A stretch of 35,685 nucleotides of DNA from a virus (taxonomy: Duplodnaviria; Caudoviricetes), in the IMG/VR virus record IMGVR_UViG_3300033407_000074, positions 1 to 35,685 of that record. One strand, written 5' to 3'. Every line of letters begins with the position of its first letter. Within the stretch, counting starts at the first letter, position 1. Under the pieces are notes generated by a model. That model was given only the letters and a program-made list of their open reading frames with translations. It ran no database searches and was not told the DNA's origin. This document shows positions 9,345 to 17,346 of this stretch, piece by piece. The translations under genes were made by a program, and so were the position numbers.

Positions 9345-9661
9345 AATTAGCCGCCCAAATAGCCGACTCGATCCTCGCCGACCTGCGCAACCGGCACGAA
9401 CTCACCAAGATACTTGGCCCCATCAAGCCCGACGACGGCACGCCGCATATATCGGCTGAACAGCAAACCAAAATCGAACTCCGTATGGTCGAGATCATCG
9501 AGACAATAGCGGCTGATTATGTCGGCGATTCCGACACGGAAGTCGCGCGGCAATATCGACGTCGGCAGGAACTCGAAAAGCGCGTCGAATTTCTTGAATC
9601 CATAATCGCGGAATCAAAATCCACGCACATCCTATACAACAAGGAATCCCAAAATGTTTAA
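9341..9661 (+). CDS. Hypothetical protein
   Basis: 106-aa coupled ORF. Confidence 0.65.
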   Translation: MKLAAQIADSILADLRNRHELTKILGPIKPDDGTPHISAEQQTKIELRMVEIIETIAADYVGDSDTEVARQYRRRQELEKRVEFLESIIAESKSTHILYNKESQNV

Positions 9662-10088
9662 CCGCGTCCAACTCATCGGCAACGTCGGGCAGGATCCGGA
9701 AATCAGGCGCACCCAGGACGGGCGACCGATTGCGAACCTGTCGATCGCCACGTCGGAATCGTGGAAAGACAAAAACAGTGGCGAGAAGAAAGAAAAAACC
9801 GAATGGCACCGCGTGGTCGTGTTCAACGAAGGACTCTGCCGCGTCATCGAGCAATACGTCAAAAAAGGCGACCGGCTTTTTCTCGAAGGAAAACTCCGCA
9901 CGCGCAAATGGACCGACCAGGCAGGCGTCGAAAAATATTCAACCGAAGTCGTGTTGGAAAATTTCGACTGGCGTTTGCTCATGCTGTCGGGCAAGAAAGA
10001 CAGCGGGCATGAACCCGCGCGGAACGAACCGGCGGCGAGCGGCGCAAATAATTTTGCGGCCGATCTCGACGACGAAATTCCGTTTTGA
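9654..10088 (+). CDS. ssb: Single-stranded DNA-binding protein
   Basis: NRVQLIGNVGQDPEIR, TEWHRVV, acidic tail DLDDEIPF. Confidence 0.97.
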   Translation: MFNRVQLIGNVGQDPEIRRTQDGRPIANLSIATSESWKDKNSGEKKEKTEWHRVVVFNEGLCRVIEQYVKKGDRLFLEGKLRTRKWTDQAGVEKYSTEVVLENFDWRLLMLSGKKDSGHEPARNEPAASGANNFAADLDDEIPF

Positions 10089-10555
10089 TGGGGGCTCACA
10101 TGACAGACGTGACACCGGAACGGCTGGCGGAGATTGGTGAGGCAAAACTCACTGGCCTTGAGGATGACATTACAAGAATCATTGAGGGGCACCATGCTTT
10201 CGATGCCCCCGACGGACTGACATATCATCGCGCAGCACAGTATATTGCCGCGTCGATTGTTCAGCGATACGGAAGCCCAGACCTCGCCGCCACCATCGAA
10301 CGCCTGCAAGCCGAGGTGGCGAGGCTGACCGTTGCGCATGACGAATGGCGTGAGGCCTGCCTTGGTCACGGCGAAAAAGCGAATAAGGCCGAAGCCGACC
10401 TCACCACCGCTAACGCCCGCGTGAAAGACTTGGAGGGCGATTTTGAGTTTATCGCGCGGTGGTGCCACCGCGAAGGGATTTCAACCGACGGCGAGCGCAT
10501 GAGCGTCATCAGAAATTACTCGCCGATTGCCGCCCTCAAAGGAGCCAAGCCATGA
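10085..10555 (+). CDS. Hypothetical coiled-coil phage protein
   Basis: Coupled ORF; the start may be ATG 10088 or 10100. Confidence 0.6.
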   Translation: MMGAHMTDVTPERLAEIGEAKLTGLEDDITRIIEGHHAFDAPDGLTYHRAAQYIAASIVQRYGSPDLAATIERLQAEVARLTVAHDEWREACLGHGEKANKAEADLTTANARVKDLEGDFEFIARWCHREGISTDGERMSVIRNYSPIAALKGAKP

Positions 10556-10833
10556 GCGGTCTACACGACACAAATTGCTCGATACTGGTCCAGCGACATT
10601 CGCACCGTGGCTTTAATGTCGAAACCTTCAAGGACGAGGAGGAGGCCGTTTTGCGCCTTCTCTATGCTCATCTTGCCCATGTTCGTGGCGGCGAAGCGGA
10701 GCGGATCGCCGCCGTTGAGAACATCTGCAACAAGATCGCCGAAACTCTCTGCACCTATTGTGATGATTTTGAAATCCAAAGAGACGCTGATTTCGCCGCC
10801 TCCCCATTTGCCGCGAAGGAGAAGACAGAGTGA
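10552..10833 (+). CDS. Hypothetical protein
   Basis: AAGGAG RBS before ATG 10552; ATGA overlap. Confidence 0.6.
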   Translation: MSGLHDTNCSILVQRHSHRGFNVETFKDEEEAVLRLLYAHLAHVRGGEAERIAAVENICNKIAETLCTYCDDFEIQRDADFAASPFAAKEKTE

Positions 10834-10940
10834 AGTTTTGTTTTCTGAGACACCAATGGGGGCGCTGGAATTATCACGGAGACTTAAAGGTCCGCCGTTG
10901 CCCACATTGCGGGAAAAGACAATGGAGAGCATTTCCATGA
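10830..10940 (+). CDS. 36-aa Zn-finger-like microprotein
   Basis: Manual translation MKFCFLRHQWGRWNYHGDLKVRRCPHCGKRQWRAFP; GTGA and ATGA overlaps; AAGGAG/GGAG RBS-like sequences at both junctions. Confidence 0.55.
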   Translation: MKFCFLRHQWGRWNYHGDLKVRRCPHCGKRQWRAFP

Positions 10941-11359
10941 CTGACCTCACCGACCTTATAGAGCGAGTGGCAGCAAGCACGGGACCGGATCGGGAGATTG
11001 ATGCGCTAATTGGTGCAGCGTTCAATCCGCATGGTGATGGACGTGTTGTTTATGGCAAGGGTAGAAGATTTTTTAAAAATGCTGGAAGGGGTCGAATACC
11101 GTTCCATGTTGGTGGCGGGAAGGGGTGTTCTTTCGGGATCATCTACCAGCAGATTGATTACACGCGGTCAATCGACGCCGTTGTGGCGCTGATTGAGAAG
11201 GTGATGCCAGACGCAAAATGGCAGCGGATTTATAGCGTCGGGCACCCGTTTATGTGTGTCGAGTTGCCGGATTTTGATCAAGTGATGGTTCACAAAACAT
11301 CCACATCAGCCATTGCCCTCCTTCTCGCTTTCCTCCGCGCATATCAGGAGAAGGCGTGA
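10937..11359 (+). CDS. Hypothetical phage protein
   Basis: MTDLTDLIERVAASTGPDREIDALI...YTRSIDAVVAL...AIALLLAFLRA; GGAG RBS. Confidence 0.7.
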   Translation: MTDLTDLIERVAASTGPDREIDALIGAAFNPHGDGRVVYGKGRRFFKNAGRGRIPFHVGGGKGCSFGIIYQQIDYTRSIDAVVALIEKVMPDAKWQRIYSVGHPFMCVELPDFDQVMVHKTSTSAIALLLAFLRAYQEKA

Positions 11360-11577
11360 TGGCCCTACTTTTTGAAGCAACAGAGGTGCCAAGAGCAAAA
11401 AGACTGTGGCGTATGCACGTCTCGGACGCTGGCGATGATGGAATAAAAACCGTCATTGAATTTAAGTGCAAGAGGTGTGGTCACAACACCGGCTGGATAG
11501 CCGACAAATGGACCGTCACGGAAAATCGGCGCGGGCATCCGTGCCCTAAATGCAATCAGGAGAAGGCGAATGGGTGA
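11356..11577 (+). CDS. Small Zn-ribbon protein
   Basis: CKRC...CPKC; AGGAG RBS. Confidence 0.7.
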   Translation: MMALLFEATEVPRAKRLWRMHVSDAGDDGIKTVIEFKCKRCGHNTGWIADKWTVTENRRGHPCPKCNQEKANG

Positions 11578-11686
11578 CATCATTCTCGCATTTTCGTTTG
11601 GTGTAATCTTGACGCTTTTGACTGTCTTTTACGCAGTGCTTTATTTTACCGCCCCTCACATGCACAAGGACACCCCCAATGACTGA
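11570..11686 (+). CDS. 38-aa single-TM microprotein
   Basis: Manual translation MGDIILAFSFGVILTLLTVFYAVLYFTAPHMHKDTPND; AGGAG RBS; overlaps both neighbours. Confidence 0.5.
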   Translation: MGDIILAFSFGVILTLLTVFYAVLYFTAPHMHKDTPND

Positions 11687-11864
11687 CAGCCTGCAAAAGA
11701 TGGTCTTTGCCTCGCTCGATAACGCGGTCGAAAACGGCTACGCGATGGCCAAAATGTCTAACCCAGAGATCGCTATCGACCTTTGCTGCTATGACGCCGA
11801 CCTCGAAAACTACAAGCCGGACGATCTAATCCCGTTCATCAAAGTTTGGAGAGAGCGTCAATGA
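11679..11864 (+). CDS. Hypothetical protein
   Basis: 61-aa ORF, AAGGA RBS. Confidence 0.6.
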   Translation: MTDSLQKMVFASLDNAVENGYAMAKMSNPEIAIDLCCYDADLENYKPDDLIPFIKVWRERQ

Positions 11865-12025
11865 CCAGCACTGACAGCCTTACAGACGCCGCCGCGCGGG
11901 CGATACAGGCCGTTAGCTTATTTGGCGACCTGGACGATCATGTCCGCGCAGCCCAAGCCGCCATAGCCGCCATCCGTGCGCATGACGCAGCAGAGGGGAT
12001 GGTGCATGACTCGACCCATCTATAA
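11861..12025 (+). CDS. 54-aa hypothetical protein
   Basis: Manual translation MTSTDSLTDAAARAIQAVSLFG...; ATGA overlap, GGAG RBS. Confidence 0.5.
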   Translation: MTSTDSLTDAAARAIQAVSLFGDLDDHVRAAQAAIAAIRAHDAAEGMVHDSTHL

Positions 12026-12118
12026 CCGACCCACTTGACTATTCTGCGCGCCTCCGTCACCCTATCTGAGTCGGGAAAACCCCGGCCCGGATTGGCGTTC
12101 GGTATTTCAGGCGCGCAG

Positions 12119-12142
12119 CGCCCCATTGGGGCGTTTCTGTTT
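12119..12142 (+). terminator. Intrinsic terminator/attenuator upstream of the c4-like RNA
   Basis: CGCCCC-ATT-GGGGCG followed by TTTCTGTTT. Confidence 0.6.
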
Positions 12143-12143
12143 A

Positions 12144-12215
12144 TGACGGGGCGCGCAGGGGCTCGCAAGAGCGCCGATCCTGGAACGGTACGCCAACCCG
12201 GCGTTTGCCCCGTCA
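12144..12215 (+). ncRNA. c4-type antisense RNA (P1 C4 / P4 CI-like)
   Basis: Closing stem TGACGGGGC/GCCCCGTCA, GCTC-GCAA-GAGC hairpin, CGGTACGCCAACCC motif. Complementary TTGGCGT sites at 12092-12098 and 12225-12231. Confidence 0.8.
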
Positions 12216-12264
12216 CCCACATGATTGGCGTCATGCGTGCGTGGGCTCAACCAGGAGCCACCAA

Positions 12265-12522
12265 ATGACCACTCCCTTAATCCGCAGAATCCACCAAAAC
12301 AACTTTTTCACGCCGCACGGTCGCACGTTCGGCGGGCTCTACGTCTATGAAACCAAGTCCGGCGCGACGTTCTACATGCACCACGACGACCACACGCGCC
12401 TCGGCCTGTTGCAACTCGCCCCGCCGGAATACTGGCGCGACGTCGCCGAAACCGAATTCGCGGCGATCGACTATGACCTGGCGGCATACGCGCTCATGTC
12501 AGCGCACAATCAGGAGGTTTGA
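12265..12522 (+). CDS. Hypothetical protein directly downstream of the c4-like RNA
   Basis: CCAGGAG RBS, ATG 12265. Confidence 0.65.
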   Translation: MTTPLIRRIHQNNFFTPHGRTFGGLYVYETKSGATFYMHHDDHTRLGLLQLAPPEYWRDVAETEFAAIDYDLAAYALMSAHNQEV

Positions 12523-13052
12523 AAATGTCTGAAACAGTTTCGATTGCCGAGGTGCTTCGGCGGGATAAAGAGATCGTCGATAAATTCAAGGAGCGAGACA
12601 AGGAGATCGTTCTCCAGTTTCGCGGGCCAAGCATTTCCGCTGCCGCCGCGTCGTGCGCTAAAAAACACAACGTCACTCAGGCCGCCGTGCTGTGGCGCGT
12701 GGGTAAGCAATTTGGGCCAATCAGGGGCATGACGACCGAGCAAAAACGCAATGTCGTCGCGTGGCTTGAATCCAGTACAGGTGACGATTTCAGGCGAATT
12801 AAAAAGCCCGACAAAATCACACGGGGCCCCAAGCCTGACAAAATAGACACAGCGCGGTACGAGCGCGACATTCTCGCCAAGCGCCGAACGCGCAACACCA
12901 TTGGGGCTGCTGTCAAGCGGGCTGCTATGCGCACCAGCAAGGCGGATATAACCGTTTGGCAATATGTCCAAAAGCGGTTCGGAAAGGCCCGCACTATGAC
13001 GGACCAGAAAAAACTCGACGTCATCACTTGGCTTGATGGGATGGGCAAATGA
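12519..13052 (+). CDS. Antirepressor-like protein with two ORF6C-like domains
   Basis: Two internal copies of V..(V)..(R/Q)FG....M......(V)..WL; start may be ATG 12525. Confidence 0.5.
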   Translation: MKMSETVSIAEVLRRDKEIVDKFKERDKEIVLQFRGPSISAAAASCAKKHNVTQAAVLWRVGKQFGPIRGMTTEQKRNVVAWLESSTGDDFRRIKKPDKITRGPKPDKIDTARYERDILAKRRTRNTIGAAVKRAAMRTSKADITVWQYVQKRFGKARTMTDQKKLDVITWLDGMGK

Positions 13053-13420
13053 ACGTTAGAAAATTTACACCATTCAAAATAAGGCCCGACTTCAAAATAA
13101 ACATGACCGGCAAGCGCCGCGTCGCACGCGTAAACGATGGCTGCGGTCGAGGCGGTTACGAGCGCCCGCCAAGCATTGACGGGACGCTGCTTAAAGTCAC
13201 TCGCCATTATCAAATATCACCGAGCGCGGTTCGGGCCGAGGTCCGGCTCCGATTTGGTCAGGTCACAGGCATGAGTCCAGAAACATACGCAGCAGCCATC
13301 GAGTGGCTTAAAAACTTCTCGCCCACGCGGGACATGCCACACTTGAGCGACCCGCGCGCGGCAAGAAAGCGGAAAATGGAAAAGCGCCTCGAAAAAATCA
13401 GAAAGGACCAAGTTAAATGA
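13049..13420 (+). CDS. Antirepressor-like protein with one ORF6C-like domain
   Basis: SAVRAEVRLRFGQVTGMSPETYAAAIEWLK. Confidence 0.5.
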   Translation: MNVRKFTPFKIRPDFKINMTGKRRVARVNDGCGRGGYERPPSIDGTLLKVTRHYQISPSAVRAEVRLRFGQVTGMSPETYAAAIEWLKNFSPTRDMPHLSDPRAARKRKMEKRLEKIRKDQVK

Positions 13421-13974
13421 CGCGGTATTTTCCCAGCCTTGAGCATAACGTTGACCTGATAGACGGCGAACCCCGAATATCAGCCGTGCGCGTGCGATTT
13501 CTTATTTTTGACCTCGACATTGAAAATGCGCTGCCCTGGTTTATTCGCCAGATAGACGCCAATGCAGGCCTGCTCGGCCCGGTGTACGAGCGCGAGGTGG
13601 AGGCAAATCTCCCCAAAAACCAAACCATAATGCTGCGGTCCATATGGCTCACACAGAGCCAGGCAGCGACATTGGTCGATCTATTTGAGACGGATCCAAA
13701 AATGCGGCAGGCCGAAACACAGTGCCTCAATCAGAGTTTTGCAGCGGCAGCCGAACGCATTGACGCCAAGCGCAAGAAGATCGCCGACAAAGCCGTCAGC
13801 GTCTCAGGCGTCATCGCGCAAGCCGCCGAGCGGATAGGCTGCTCAACATCGTCAGTCTATACGCAGGTCAAAGAGCGTTTTGGAAAAACAAAAGACATGC
13901 CGATCGACGTTGAAATTGACGCCATCGACTGGCTGAATGCACTTTCGAATAAAGAGGATTTGAAAAAGGAATAG
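13417..13974 (+). CDS. Rha/antirepressor-like protein with C-terminal ORF6C-like domain
   Basis: N-terminal DGEPRI...IWLTQSQA...ET pattern; C-terminal SVYTQVKERFGKTKDMPIDVEIDAIDWLN. Confidence 0.55.
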   Translation: MTRYFPSLEHNVDLIDGEPRISAVRVRFLIFDLDIENALPWFIRQIDANAGLLGPVYEREVEANLPKNQTIMLRSIWLTQSQAATLVDLFETDPKMRQAETQCLNQSFAAAAERIDAKRKKIADKAVSVSGVIAQAAERIGCSTSSVYTQVKERFGKTKDMPIDVEIDAIDWLNALSNKEDLKKE

Positions 13975-14015
13975 AAAATCCAATTAAAAACCAATTTCGG
14001 AAATCAGGCGGTCAT

Positions 14016-14609
14016 TTATTTGGCCGCCTTTTCTTTTGGCATTGTGTCGTCCAGAACAGGCCATCGCACGTCGGAAAACCTAACGATAAAGTGTGGTGCC
14101 CGCGCGTTACCAGCCTCCGTCAGCGATCCCTCGCGTATAAAGCGGCCGGAAAAGACGACTAAATCGTCGATTTCCATTTCAGCCAGGCGGTCGTACATTT
14201 TCGAGCCGTTTTTGATGAGCGTCTCGTCCATCACATCGGACAGTGAGTTGTTCCACGTCCCGACATCGATTGACGTTTTGAACGCTTGAATCCTGACAAT
14301 TGCGTCACCGTCGCTCGTCGTGTCGAGCGTCTTTATGCGCCCGATCCAATTTGTAAAATTTGCATTTTCCAGATTGGCGGCGATCGCCTTGTCGCGCCGT
14401 TTTATGACTGACGAGCACTTCAGCGCATTCTCGCAATCGGCATATTCAGCGCGGGCGTCGTCGATGATTTTCACAACTGCGAGTTGCCGGTTTGGCACTT
14501 TTATGAGCCGGTCGGATAGGTCGTCGCGGGCAAAAGCCGCCGACCCAATAGAAAAAATAAAAATTAAAAGGCAGGAAAATAGAAACAACTTCAATTTATC
14601 GTCGAGCAT
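14016..14609 (-). CDS. Exported or membrane-anchored protein (moron-like)
   Basis: Signal-peptide-like N-terminus ending AAFA; opposite strand to neighbours; AT-rich upstream region. Confidence 0.75.
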   Translation of the reverse strand: MLDDKLKLFLFSCLLIFIFSIGSAAFARDDLSDRLIKVPNRQLAVVKIIDDARAEYADCENALKCSSVIKRRDKAIAANLENANFTNWIGRIKTLDTTSDGDAIVRIQAFKTSIDVGTWNNSLSDVMDETLIKNGSKMYDRLAEMEIDDLVVFSGRFIREGSLTEAGNARAPHFIVRFSDVRWPVLDDTMPKEKAAK

Positions 14610-15250
14610 TTCAATTTTTCCTATTTTTCTGGCAATAAGGAAATTCAGAATAATTGAATTAATCGGGCAAATCTTCCAATAAAAATAAAACCCTAGATTT
14701 TATTTAAATTAAAAACACGCGCAATGATTGCAGATAGCAACAGCCAATTACAAGGAAAAATCTATTTTATTTGTTTGAAATCAATGAGGTGACTGAAGTG
14801 ACCGGATATCCATTCGTTTATGGGAGGGTCTTATAGAATAAATGTGTTTTTTTTATTTTTTCATTTTAAAATAAAAAACATGCCTTCTTACATAAGACGT
14901 CTATTATATTATTATTGTAACTTAGTATATAATAATAATAAGGCCAACCAAACTGCTGGCTTAAATAGCAACAGACCCATAGCAACGCTTCCAAAACGTG
15001 TTGTAACCTCAAAACGTAGAATAAAAACTCACGGCAATATGCCGTTAATCAAGCTACGATCCTAAAATAAAGACAAGCGGTCAACTATCCTGTGCGGGAC
15101 AAAAACAGTCAAACGCGTCCGCAGCAGAGCAGAGCACAGCACCTTACGCTAAAAATAACGCTCAAAAGCCCCACACAAGCCCGCTGAGCCTGTTGACAAT
15201 GCCTGACCAGCACCCAATGTTGCTGAGGCTTATTAATAACACTCAGTGAG
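14610..15250. other. AT-rich non-coding region, candidate replication origin or control region
   Basis: Markedly AT-rich; inverted repeat at 14907-14919/14928-14940; three ATAGCAAC copies. Confidence 0.4.
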
Positions 15251-15253
15251 GTC

Positions 15254-15862
15254 ATGAGGCGGGTAATCGACATTTTTAGGATTTGCATTCATGGCCAGCA
15301 ATGCGTCTATTGCGGTTTTACTGCGGAAACTTGGGACCACTTCCCACCAGTGTCGGCAATGCTGCATGGACTGAAGATTCCCGCTTGCCGTGAGTGCAAT
15401 TCCCTAGCAAGTAACCACTTCCCATTTGATTTTGCAGAAAGGATCGCATTAGTTAAATCAAAAATTAGAAGTAAAAATAAAGGAGTTCTAAACACTCCGG
15501 ATTGGTCCGAGGGGGAAATTAAACAAATCGGACGAGGCATGAAAGCAAAGGTTATATCTTGGAAAATAAAAAAGGAATTAGTGCAAGAGCGGCTTGCTTG
15601 GTCTGCCGATCTGTATTTAGCCAGTATAGACCACAACAATCATTTTGCTCAATTCGCTGCCGAAATAAGCACCATTACGAGGCGCGAGCAGCCATCATCA
15701 GAAATTACAAGTCTGCAAATCCCGCAGCAACGAGCTAGAAAAACAACAAAGTCCGTAGCTATTTTTACTGAGTCAAAGCCGGTAATATTAACGGAAAAAG
15801 TTGAATATCGAGACAGTTTAGATCGGTTGAGTTTCTATTGGGACGCGTTCGTTTACCGTTAA
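15254..15862 (+). CDS. HNH endonuclease-like protein
   Basis: CVYCG...WDHFPP...ACRECN; lower GC than flanking genes. Confidence 0.75.
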   Translation: MRRVIDIFRICIHGQQCVYCGFTAETWDHFPPVSAMLHGLKIPACRECNSLASNHFPFDFAERIALVKSKIRSKNKGVLNTPDWSEGEIKQIGRGMKAKVISWKIKKELVQERLAWSADLYLASIDHNNHFAQFAAEISTITRREQPSSEITSLQIPQQRARKTTKSVAIFTESKPVILTEKVEYRDSLDRLSFYWDAFVYR

Positions 15863-15973
15863 AAACAACGGAATTCGCTTGACGGCTCGACCCGATTGCA
15901 ACAATGTGGCTTAAACGCAACACATCGGCCAAAAGATCGGCCAAATGTCAGTTAAGCTAAACACGGACAGCAC

Positions 15974-16579
15974 ATGCCAAGCCTCATAACCGTCGATCCC
16001 AAGCCCCTGCTCAAGCAACTCGACCGCCTGACCCGCGATCATGTGCCGTTCGCCATGTCCAAGGCGCTCACCATGACGGCAAAGGATGGGCAAGAAACGC
16101 TCAAAACGATGCTGCCGACCCATTTCACGATCCGAAACAACTGGACCGCCAAGGGCATCCGCATCACGCCGGCACGCAAGGCCGATGGCCTTCGAAACAT
16201 GGCGTCGGAAGTCGGCTCGAAAGACTGGTTTATGGCTGACCAGATGGGAAAGGGCCAAAATACACGGCACCCCAAGGCCAAATTCCTATTCGTGCCCAAG
16301 CGAGCCCGGCCCAGCAAAACAGCCAACATCCCCAAGCGGAACAAGCCCCGGCAGCTATTCGACCGTGTCAGCACAATCGTCAGCAAGTCCAAGTTTGGCG
16401 GTGGCATCCTAGTCTACTCGCGCACAAACTTCGGGCTTAGGCTCATGTACGCGGGCCAGAAGCAGCAGGTCGTTAAGCCCCGCCTCGACATGGCAGACGA
16501 GATCAACGCCATCGCCAAACAGCGTCTCGAACCGAACTTCAAAGCGGCAATGGACTTCGCACTCAAGACGGCGAGATAG
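15974..16579 (+). CDS. Probable neck/tail-completion protein (lambda gpZ / HK97 gp10-like)
   Basis: Basic 201-aa protein with LKQLDRL...VPFAMSKALTMTAKD N-terminus and C-terminal helix FKAAMDFALKTAR. The ORF is secure; the function is inferred. Confidence 0.55.
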   Translation: MPSLITVDPKPLLKQLDRLTRDHVPFAMSKALTMTAKDGQETLKTMLPTHFTIRNNWTAKGIRITPARKADGLRNMASEVGSKDWFMADQMGKGQNTRHPKAKFLFVPKRARPSKTANIPKRNKPRQLFDRVSTIVSKSKFGGGILVYSRTNFGLRLMYAGQKQQVVKPRLDMADEINAIAKQRLEPNFKAAMDFALKTAR

Positions 16580-16747
16580 GTGCAATTTGTTGTCACTTTC
16601 TTTACATTCCACGAATTGGAAAATAATCACCCTAACTTGACGAGGTGTCATGTTTCCTCTATGCGTTAATTGGTTGGCATCTGGCATGAGGCTTGCATAT
16701 GTCTAATATGCGAATAAAATCAATGACTTAGGTGTGGTGCCCCCCCC

Positions 16748-16805
16748 TTAGGTTCTTCCGGACGGGGTGGGGCGGCGGGTACAGCGCGCCAGCGCAGGTG
16801 TTTTC
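16748..16805 (+). other. Candidate cos/packaging site
   Basis: TAGGTTCTTCCGG then GGGGCGGCGGGT upstream of the gcrA-terS-terL block; resembles the lambda cosQ/cosN arrangement (GGGTCCTTTCCGG...GGGCGGCG). Confidence 0.45.
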
Positions 16806-16866
16806 TTCACAAATAGTTAAAATTATCGGGTATTTACAAAAAGTGACAGGTCGAAAAATTATCAGA

Positions 16867-17346
16867 ATGTGGACCGATGACGAGATCATCACCCTCCGCG
16901 AGATGGCCGCCGCTGGTTTTATGGTGGCGATCATAGGCCGGAAGCTGGGGCGCACCGTAAATTCGATTTCCGGCAAGTGTCACAAACTCGGAATCGCCCT
17001 GCGAAAAAATTCGTTTCAGGCTGAGGCACCGCAAAATTGTGGCCGTAATCCGTTAAAAATAACGGTTGCGGAAATCAAGCCGCGCCTGACCGTCAGCCCC
17101 GACACTGTTGCCGCCGTCGCCGCTTTATCGGCTGGCGAGTGCCGGTGGCCGATTGGAGACCCGCCTGATTCTGGGTTTCATTTTTGTTGCGCGAACGTGG
17201 CGGACGGATCGCCGTATTGCGCCGCGCACGAGGCGAAGCGGTTTGTGCCGGGGTCGGCAAAAACTTACGACGAAAAGCAAATCGACTTTTTGATTGCTGA
17301 TACCGACCGCCGATCAACCATATCATTTTCCGAAAGCGACGCCTGA
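16867..17346 (+). CDS. gcrA: GcrA-like cell-cycle transcription regulator
   Basis: MWTDDEIITLREM...LGRTVNSISGKCHKLG HTH plus CRWPIGDP...FHFC...PYCAAH; start ATG 16867. Confidence 0.88.
   Translation: MWTDDEIITLREMAAAGFMVAIIGRKLGRTVNSISGKCHKLGIALRKNSFQAEAPQNCGRNPLKITVAEIKPRLTVSPDTVAAVAALSAGECRWPIGDPPDSGFHFCCANVADGSPYCAAHEAKRFVPGSAKTYDEKQIDFLIADTDRRSTISFSESDA

Noticed and set aside
12035-12268. 77-aa ORF across the c4 region
   Set aside because: The TTG start coincides with a -35 box and the region is explained by RNA structure. A leader ORF cannot be fully excluded.
14820-15065. 81-aa ORF in the AT-rich region
   Set aside because: Low-complexity, composition-driven sequence with no evident RBS or motif.
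15924-15945. ATCGGCCAAA direct repeat
   Set aside because: Only two short copies and no supporting context.
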